64,000 nucleotides of DNA from an uncultured Nitrososphaerales archaeon (GTDB lineage Archaea; Thermoproteota; Nitrososphaeria; Nitrososphaerales; Nitrososphaeraceae): NCBI GenBank assembly GCA_963695855.1, contig CAVOHZ010000010.1:512001-576000 (forward strand), given 5' to 3'. The notes beneath the pieces were generated by a model, which was not told the origin of the DNA, made no database searches, and saw only the letters and a list, made by a program, of their open reading frames with translations. Position 1 is the stretch's first letter, and each line of letters starts with the position of its first letter. A program made the translations under genes and the position numbers. This document shows, in pieces, positions 57,650 through 64,000 of the stretch.

Positions 57650-58306
57650 ATGACAAGCGAGGTTGAGCTTAAAGAGCTCTTAAATAATGCTCGAAAGAAA
57701 TATCAAAAACACAATTTTGATCAATCTGTGGATTTAACTATTATATTAAAAGATATTGATGTTAAAAAAGGATTTAGTTTCAATGAAGTTGTTCACTTAC
57801 CCAACAGACCTAGTAAACAAGCAACGGTATGCGTAGTTGCATCCGGTGAGATGGGTTCAAGAGCAAAAAAAGTAGCTGCTGAAAAAATAATTGAGCAGGG
57901 AGAATTAGATAGGCTGGGCACCAATAAGAAAGAGGCAAAAAAAGTTGCAAAAAAATATGATTTCTTTTTATCGGATACTGCACTAATGTCTACTGTAGGT
58001 AGGTCCCTAGGACAATATCTTGGGCCTAAAGGTAAAATGCCAACACCTATGCCATATGGGGCCCCTATTGAAAATATATTGGATCGGTTTAGAAGTTCGG
58101 TAAGAGTCAGAGTGAGAAATCAACTTAATGTATCTGCAAAGATAGGTGATGAAAAAATGGACGACAAACAACTACTTGAAAATGCTAATGCAATACTCTC
58201 TCTTGTTGAAAAAAAATTACCACAAGGTGACAAAAACATTCGTAATATGTTGATAAAGTTTACCATGAGCAAGCCAGCGGATTTGTTATCTTCACAAAAG
58301 AGTTGA
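57650..58306 (+). CDS. rpl1: 50S ribosomal protein L1
   Basis: FDQSVDL, LGPKGKMP, KFTMS. Confidence 0.96.
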   Translation: MTSEVELKELLNNARKKYQKHNFDQSVDLTIILKDIDVKKGFSFNEVVHLPNRPSKQATVCVVASGEMGSRAKKVAAEKIIEQGELDRLGTNKKEAKKVAKKYDFFLSDTALMSTVGRSLGQYLGPKGKMPTPMPYGAPIENILDRFRSSVRVRVRNQLNVSAKIGDEKMDDKQLLENANAILSLVEKKLPQGDKNIRNMLIKFTMSKPADLLSSQKS

Positions 58307-58321
58307 GTGTGATACACTAAT

Positions 58322-59200
58322 ATGTCAAATAAAACAAATAAAAAATATCCAGAAAAAAAACAATTTTTGTATGAATATTTGCAAGAGCTTCCTACCAAAT
58401 ATGAGGTAGTTGCACTATCAAGAATGACGAATGTTCGTGCTAGTCAATTAATGCCCATAAGAAAAAAATTTCATGATCAAATACAAATAAAGATTATAAA
58501 AAATAGGGTAGCTCAAAAGGCTTTTGAAAAATTGTCTAATATAAAAGGAATTCAAGATTTAAGTAAACAGCTTGAAGGTCAATGCGCTTTGATGTTTACC
58601 AATATAAGTCCTTTCAAATTAAATCTCATCTTCGATCAAAATAAGGTATTCCTACCGGCAAAGGGAGGAGACATAGCATCCAATGAAATAATAATTCCAG
58701 CAGGAAATACAGGTATCCCTCCAGGTCCAGTATTATCTGAATTTAAGGAAGCAAATATACCAACAAAGATAGACCAAGGCAGTATAGCAGTTACAAAGGA
58801 TACAATAGCTGTTAAAACGGGTGGGGTTATATCACAAAAATTAGCTTCATTATTAACCAAACTCAATATCAAACCAATCGAGGCAGGTATAGCAGTGAAT
58901 TATGCCATTTCAGAAGGACTACAGTTTAGAGAATCTGAACTTAAACTAAATATCAATGAGTATGTTGAAGATCTTAAACAGTCATTCTCTTCCGCTCTAA
59001 ATCTTGCAATAAAATCAGCCTATATAACCAGTGAGACAATCAATTCAATATTATCTTTGGCACAACAACAATCTATGAATTTGGCTTCAGAATCTGGTTA
59101 CATTACTAAAGAAAATGTAGAACTGGTAATGCTCAAAGCCCAAACAAAGGCTTTTAGTCTATTAAACGAATTAAAATCACATGGATATAATACACAATAA
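58322..59200 (+). CDS. rpl10: 50S ribosomal protein L10/P0
   Basis: IIKN, PAGNTGIPPGP, PTKI, LNIKP. Confidence 0.96.
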   Translation: MSNKTNKKYPEKKQFLYEYLQELPTKYEVVALSRMTNVRASQLMPIRKKFHDQIQIKIIKNRVAQKAFEKLSNIKGIQDLSKQLEGQCALMFTNISPFKLNLIFDQNKVFLPAKGGDIASNEIIIPAGNTGIPPGPVLSEFKEANIPTKIDQGSIAVTKDTIAVKTGGVISQKLASLLTKLNIKPIEAGIAVNYAISEGLQFRESELKLNINEYVEDLKQSFSSALNLAIKSAYITSETINSILSLAQQQSMNLASESGYITKENVELVMLKAQTKAFSLLNELKSHGYNTQ

Positions 59201-59304
59201 AAAATTTCTATATTCAAATTTTGATTTATTACACAAGTTAGCTGTTAAAATATCGTTTACGAACACAATAAATAAAGGAAAGAAATTCTTTTTATTATTG
59301 AATA

Positions 59305-60942
59305 ATGACAATTGAACTAAAAGTACATCCATCATTCTTTAAGGAGTTTGCAACGAAGACTTGGATATCTCCAAGCGAAATTATTAAGGAATTAATAGAA
59401 AATTCCTTTGATGAAGATGCAACTAAAGTGCTGATTACTCTTTTTAAGAATGGGTCCATATGTATTGAAGATGATGCTGGAATGAGTGAAGATGGAATGG
59501 AAAAATTTCTTCTTCTTGGGTCTCCACATAAAAAAATAGAATCTATTTCTCCAAACTTCAAAAGAATAAGAACTGGGAGGTACGGCACTGGTCGACTGTC
59601 TTTTTTGACATCCTTTGAAAAAATGAAACTCAAGACCAGGAAGGGAAATTATAATAAGTCTATAATTATCGATGAAAGTTCTCTAAACAATTTATTTACA
59701 GGAAATTCTGTTTTGAATGAAATAAAGGAAAAACATCTATCAAGAAATGGCACAGAGTTATCTCTCTATAACGTAAAAATGTCTATAGATCCTATAAAAT
59801 TAGCAAAAGAAATTCGTAAATTGGCAATTTTAAGACAACCAATGTTTCAAGTGTTTATAAAACAAACTGATGATTTTAATGAATGGGATTTCGACAATGG
59901 AGAACCAGTTAGAGCACAAGAAATTCAAGGATATAGGATCCCAATTAGTCTTGACGAAGGACAGATCATTGGTGAAATTATAGTTGCAAGGAGACCGCTA
60001 ACAGAGGAGGAAAAAGGCATTGGAATAATGATTGGCAATCATATCGTAGTTAGAAGTAATTTTGGCTTAGAAGCAAAATTAAATAGAATAACCGGTTTAG
60101 TAAGATGTGATAATCTGACTTCTAGATTTGCCGATAAATCTGCTATAATCGAAGATGATTACTATGATAAATTTTACAAGATAGTTAAGCAATTTATCGT
60201 CGATGAAGTAATTCCTAAACTTGCAGAGTATGAAGACGTGTTAATCACAAAAGAGGAGTCTCGTATATATAAAGAGATTGATAAAGTTCTGGGTCAAGCG
60301 GTAGTTGAAAATCTTGAATCCGTTGAGGTCGAGGATTATGATACCATTACTACAGCCAATACACAAAGAATTGACGTTAAATCATCATTAACGTCGAAGG
60401 GTTATGATGACAGAAAATCTTCAAGCATTGTTGATACATCTAAACTAGATCCTTCCATTTCATTTGGGACAACAACAACGTCTCGACCAAATCAAAACAC
60501 CAATAAAGTGAGTATACTTGAACATCAGACGACCCATGATATTTCCTATTCAGATGATGGATATCAAGGTAGAAGTGACACGATTTTTTCACCTTTGCCT
60601 GAATTTGCTGTTAATAACTCATTCAATATAAAAAAGATTAAAACTCTAAAACGAACTTTCGCGTTAAAAAAAATAGGGTACAAAGTCATTCCTTACGAGG
60701 ATGGATCTGATTCTAGGGATGGTTTTACAAATGAATCAATAGTTTTTATAAACAAGGCTAATTCAGCTTATAGAGCTGAATCTGAACGTGGAGATGAATT
60801 TTTATTAAGACACATAATTAGAATTGTTGCAGAAGCAATTGCTGAAGAAAAACATCCTGAGGGAAAAGATGCACTTGAATTGCAAAATAGATTAATAGCC
60901 GAGGCTATAAAGATTCATAATTTGAGTAGTAGAAAAAAATGA
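59305..60942 (+). CDS. GHKL (MORC/MutL-like) ATPase
   Basis: KELIENSFDEDA, IEDDAGM, GRYGTGRLS, NGT. Confidence 0.8.
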   Translation: MTIELKVHPSFFKEFATKTWISPSEIIKELIENSFDEDATKVLITLFKNGSICIEDDAGMSEDGMEKFLLLGSPHKKIESISPNFKRIRTGRYGTGRLSFLTSFEKMKLKTRKGNYNKSIIIDESSLNNLFTGNSVLNEIKEKHLSRNGTELSLYNVKMSIDPIKLAKEIRKLAILRQPMFQVFIKQTDDFNEWDFDNGEPVRAQEIQGYRIPISLDEGQIIGEIIVARRPLTEEEKGIGIMIGNHIVVRSNFGLEAKLNRITGLVRCDNLTSRFADKSAIIEDDYYDKFYKIVKQFIVDEVIPKLAEYEDVLITKEESRIYKEIDKVLGQAVVENLESVEVEDYDTITTANTQRIDVKSSLTSKGYDDRKSSSIVDTSKLDPSISFGTTTTSRPNQNTNKVSILEHQTTHDISYSDDGYQGRSDTIFSPLPEFAVNNSFNIKKIKTLKRTFALKKIGYKVIPYEDGSDSRDGFTNESIVFINKANSAYRAESERGDEFLLRHIIRIVAEAIAEEKHPEGKDALELQNRLIAEAIKIHNLSSRKK

Positions 60943-60999
60943 AATCCTTATTTAACTAATAGAAAAGACTAAATCTGGCTAATATTTGATATACCAACA

Positions 61000-61596
61000 A
61001 TGGCTTATCAATACTTTCCTGGTGCAACAGCAATTGGTATAACCTACAATAATGGTGTATTACTAGCATCTGAAAGACGTATATCCTTTGGAAATTTTAT
61101 AGTAAATAAAAATACCAAAAAAACATTCATTATTACTGATAAAGTTGGTGCTGCATGTGCTGGGATGGTTGCTGATATGAACGTACTATCAAGGCAAGTA
61201 AGCGCTTTGGCAAAAATCCGTAAACTAGAGATACGAAGAGACCTCCCTACTAATTCCGTAGCAAAATTAATGTCTGTAATAATGTTTGAAAGACGATATT
61301 TTCCTCTGTTGACTCAAGTGATAGTGGGTGGATTTGATACAAAGGCTAAGATTTATACTTTAGATCCTTTGGGGTCTTTGTTGCCTGATGATTATGCTGC
61401 CGTAGGTACTGGATCTGAACTGGCACTTGGTATTTTAGATGCTGACTACAAACCCAAACTAAGTGAGGACGAAGCTGTAAAACTTGCTATTAAATCTATT
61501 CGCTCATCGGTTCAACGAGACGCTTCAAGCGGGGATGGCATAGATATTTTAACTATTGGCGATCAAGGAAGTAACGAAGAGTCACATACGATTTAA
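61000..61596 (+). CDS. psmB: proteasome beta subunit (Ala at the Thr1 position)
   Basis: PGATAIGI, AGMVAD, DPLGS, GTGS, RDASSGDG. Confidence 0.93.
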   Translation: MAYQYFPGATAIGITYNNGVLLASERRISFGNFIVNKNTKKTFIITDKVGAACAGMVADMNVLSRQVSALAKIRKLEIRRDLPTNSVAKLMSVIMFERRYFPLLTQVIVGGFDTKAKIYTLDPLGSLLPDDYAAVGTGSELALGILDADYKPKLSEDEAVKLAIKSIRSSVQRDASSGDGIDILTIGDQGSNEESHTI

Positions 61597-61679
61597 GTAA
61601 TAGAATATTATGAAAAATTCTTTTCATTTTGTAGACATATTTTAATATAATTAATTCTTGTATCAAAAAGTGTTAGATA

Positions 61680-62849
61680 TTGGATGCAAGAAATATTGGG
61701 CTACGTAATATTGAAGTTGCTGATACTAAAATATGTTCAATTGATGGTGAACATGGAAAATTAATTTATCGTGGATATGATATTCTTGACTTGGTGAATC
61801 GATCCACATTTGAAGAAACCACATTCCTACTCTTATTTGGAGATCTTCCAAATGACGCTCAATTAGAAGACTTCTCTAATACCCTGAAAAATTCAAGAGA
61901 TATTCCCAATTCTATTATTATAGACCTACATAACAGACCTAAAACAGCTCATCCGATGGACGTTCTTCAATCATGTGTGTCCTATCTTTCAAATTATGAC
62001 AATGACATTTCTTCTGATACCAAGGAAGATAACGTTAGAAGAGCAATGCTTCTTATTGCAAAGATGCCTTCTATCGTGGCTGCTTGGGATCGAATCAGAA
62101 ATGGTCTGGAGTATGTAAAGCCTGATCCTGAACTTTCACATTCCGCAAATTTTCTTTACATGTTGTCTGGGAGGAAACCTGAATTGGAAGAAACAAAAGT
62201 GTTTGATATTTGTCTAATTTTACATGCAGAACATAGTTTCAATGCCTCGACATTTGCAGCACGAGAAATAGCTTCGACTAGGGCACACATGTATGCATGT
62301 ATATGTGGTGCATTAGGAGCTTTATCTGGCGAATTACATGGTGGAGCAAATATCCAAGTTATGAAAATGTTAATTGAAATTAATGAACCAAACAGGGTAG
62401 AAGAATGGGTAGCTGAAAAAATTAAACAAGGAAAAAGGATAATGGGCATGGGACATGCTGTATATCATACGAATGATCCTCGAGCAGAGATTTTAGAAAG
62501 ATTATCCAAATCTATTTGCAGAGAAGAAAATCGTAAATGGTACGAAATCACAAAAAGGATTGAGAATTATACTAAATCTTATATGTCTGAGTATAAAAAC
62601 CAAGCAATTTATGCTAATGTCGATCTTTATAGTGCTTCTCTCTATTACAGTATGGGATTTAAAATGGATCTTAACACGCCAATATTTGCTATTTCACGAA
62701 TATCTGGATGGACTTCCCATGTGATTGAAGAAAAATTCGCTGAGGCAGCACCAAAACCTGCGTTATACAGACCAAAAGCAGTATACGTAGGCAAATATTG
62801 TGGTCCAATGGGATGCGAGTTTATTCCAATAGAAAAAAGGGATAAATAA
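61680..62849 (+). CDS. gltA: citrate synthase
   Basis: LIYRGY, HAEHSFNAST, LHGGAN, GMGHAVY, NVD. Confidence 0.95.
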   Translation: MDARNIGLRNIEVADTKICSIDGEHGKLIYRGYDILDLVNRSTFEETTFLLLFGDLPNDAQLEDFSNTLKNSRDIPNSIIIDLHNRPKTAHPMDVLQSCVSYLSNYDNDISSDTKEDNVRRAMLLIAKMPSIVAAWDRIRNGLEYVKPDPELSHSANFLYMLSGRKPELEETKVFDICLILHAEHSFNASTFAAREIASTRAHMYACICGALGALSGELHGGANIQVMKMLIEINEPNRVEEWVAEKIKQGKRIMGMGHAVYHTNDPRAEILERLSKSICREENRKWYEITKRIENYTKSYMSEYKNQAIYANVDLYSASLYYSMGFKMDLNTPIFAISRISGWTSHVIEEKFAEAAPKPALYRPKAVYVGKYCGPMGCEFIPIEKRDK

Positions 62850-62949
62850 TTTTAATATTCGAAGATACTTATCATTCTTATTTAACTACTTTCAAATTAA
62901 ATAATATTTAAAAAATTAAATTATCTATTTATTTGATATATGTTAAATT

Positions 62950-63429
62950 TTGAAAGTAAACATTTTGTCGAAAACCGATACTGCTTTACTCCTTGATGAA
63001 ATAAAAAATTGGCCAGAGAATAGCATACCCAAAATAAAGAATCTAAAAATGTATCAAATTGAAAAAGATAAGAAATTTCTATTATACAACGATTTCTCTG
63101 CAATTCAAATTAATAAAATCATTTTACCATTTGTCGGAAATCAAGAAATGATCAATTTTTTTCCCTATGTTCTAGTGGATATGGGAGCTATAAAATTCGT
63201 TTGTAATGGTGCGAAACTAATGCGACCAGGAATAGTTCACTTTGAATCTTTTAATAGAAATGATATCGTAGTAATAAAGGATGAGGAACATGGTAAACCC
63301 CTTGCAGTTGGAATAGCTATTGAAGATAGTAAAACTGCAATATCTTTATCAAAAGGTTACATAATAAATAACCTTCATTACGTAGGTGATAAATTCTGGA
63401 ATCTATACAAGGAAATAAGACTAAATTAA
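62950..63429 (+). CDS. PUA-domain RNA-binding protein (MCT-1/Tma20-like)
   Basis: VDMGAIKFVCNGAKLMRPGI, HYVGDKFW. Confidence 0.9.
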   Translation: MKVNILSKTDTALLLDEIKNWPENSIPKIKNLKMYQIEKDKKFLLYNDFSAIQINKIILPFVGNQEMINFFPYVLVDMGAIKFVCNGAKLMRPGIVHFESFNRNDIVVIKDEEHGKPLAVGIAIEDSKTAISLSKGYIINNLHYVGDKFWNLYKEIRLN

Positions 63430-63472
63430 ATATCCATTTTCAATTGAATCAATAAATATTCTGACATCTTTT

Positions 63473-64000
63473 TCAATTCAAACTAGAAATTCCTGAGATA
63501 TCTATAGTAAAAAAAATACTATGGTTTAAGAACGGTTGAGCATAAGATATTTTATAAATTTTCTTGTCGAAGTTAATTATTTCAAATCTTAATTTTATGT
63601 GAACAGAAATTGAAGTCGATTTATCCATAAATTCTCTTTGACTTGCTGTTTTATATAATGCATTATCTAATATACTTGTTTTCATTTCACCCACTTCAAG
63701 AGATGAAATTTTCTCTCTGATGGAATTCGTTATAATGACTGCACAATTATTCCTAATAGCATGATGTGCGAGTTTATGAAGAAATTTCATTAAAATTAAA
63801 TGTCTTGCTGCTCCTTGACTATCGGACGCAATTATGGATGTTGCAGTATCAACTATTACTAGCCTTGGATTCAATGTATCAATCTTCTCAAGTGCATTGA
63901 ATTGAGCAAAAATTGAGAAAACTCTGATATACTCTATCCTATCTAAAAATCCGTTTGAATCTTTTACATTTAAGATCTCCACAATTCGTTCGGGCCTGAA
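63473..64000 (-). CDS. RadA/Rad51 paralog (RadB/aRadC-like), C-terminal part
   Basis: The frame stays open to the window edge: RPERIVEI...LVIVDT (Walker B)...AVIITN. Confidence 0.75.
   Translation of the reverse strand, partial: FRPERIVEILNVKDSNGFLDRIEYIRVFSIFAQFNALEKIDTLNPRLVIVDTATSIIASDSQGAARHLILMKFLHKLAHHAIRNNCAVIITNSIREKISSLEVGEMKTSILDNALYKTASQREFMDKSTSISVHIKLRFEIINFDKKIYKISYAQPFLNHSIFFTIDISGISSLN

Overview
AT-rich archaeal chromosome segment. Gene content (archaeal histone, aIF2-gamma, S6e, L1/L10/L12, topo VI, AglB, intron-containing tRNAs, cobalamin genes, Rieske/cytochrome b/plastocyanin complex III) points to an ammonia-oxidising archaeon of the Nitrososphaeraceae, probably Nitrosocosmicus-like (inference, no search run). 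The first ~18 kb is accessory: secreted proteins, micro-proteins, an AAA ATPase, tRNA-Cys and a decayed IS5 carrying a 7x23-bp array. The rest is mostly housekeeping with IS relics. The most striking signal is a two-gene operon (5517-10909) of separately secreted small-laccase-type two-domain multicopper oxidases whose copper-ligand losses are exactly complementary, suggesting an obligate heteromeric enzyme. The larger partner also carries an extra blue-copper domain, a His-rich beta-propeller and a (PQQQ)~38 tail. Other points: an AglB-cyclophilin fusion, divergent deoxyhypusine-synthase paralogs, three 45-aa Cys-rich ORFs below the track cutoff, and single-base frameshifts in uvrB and a dehydrogenase.
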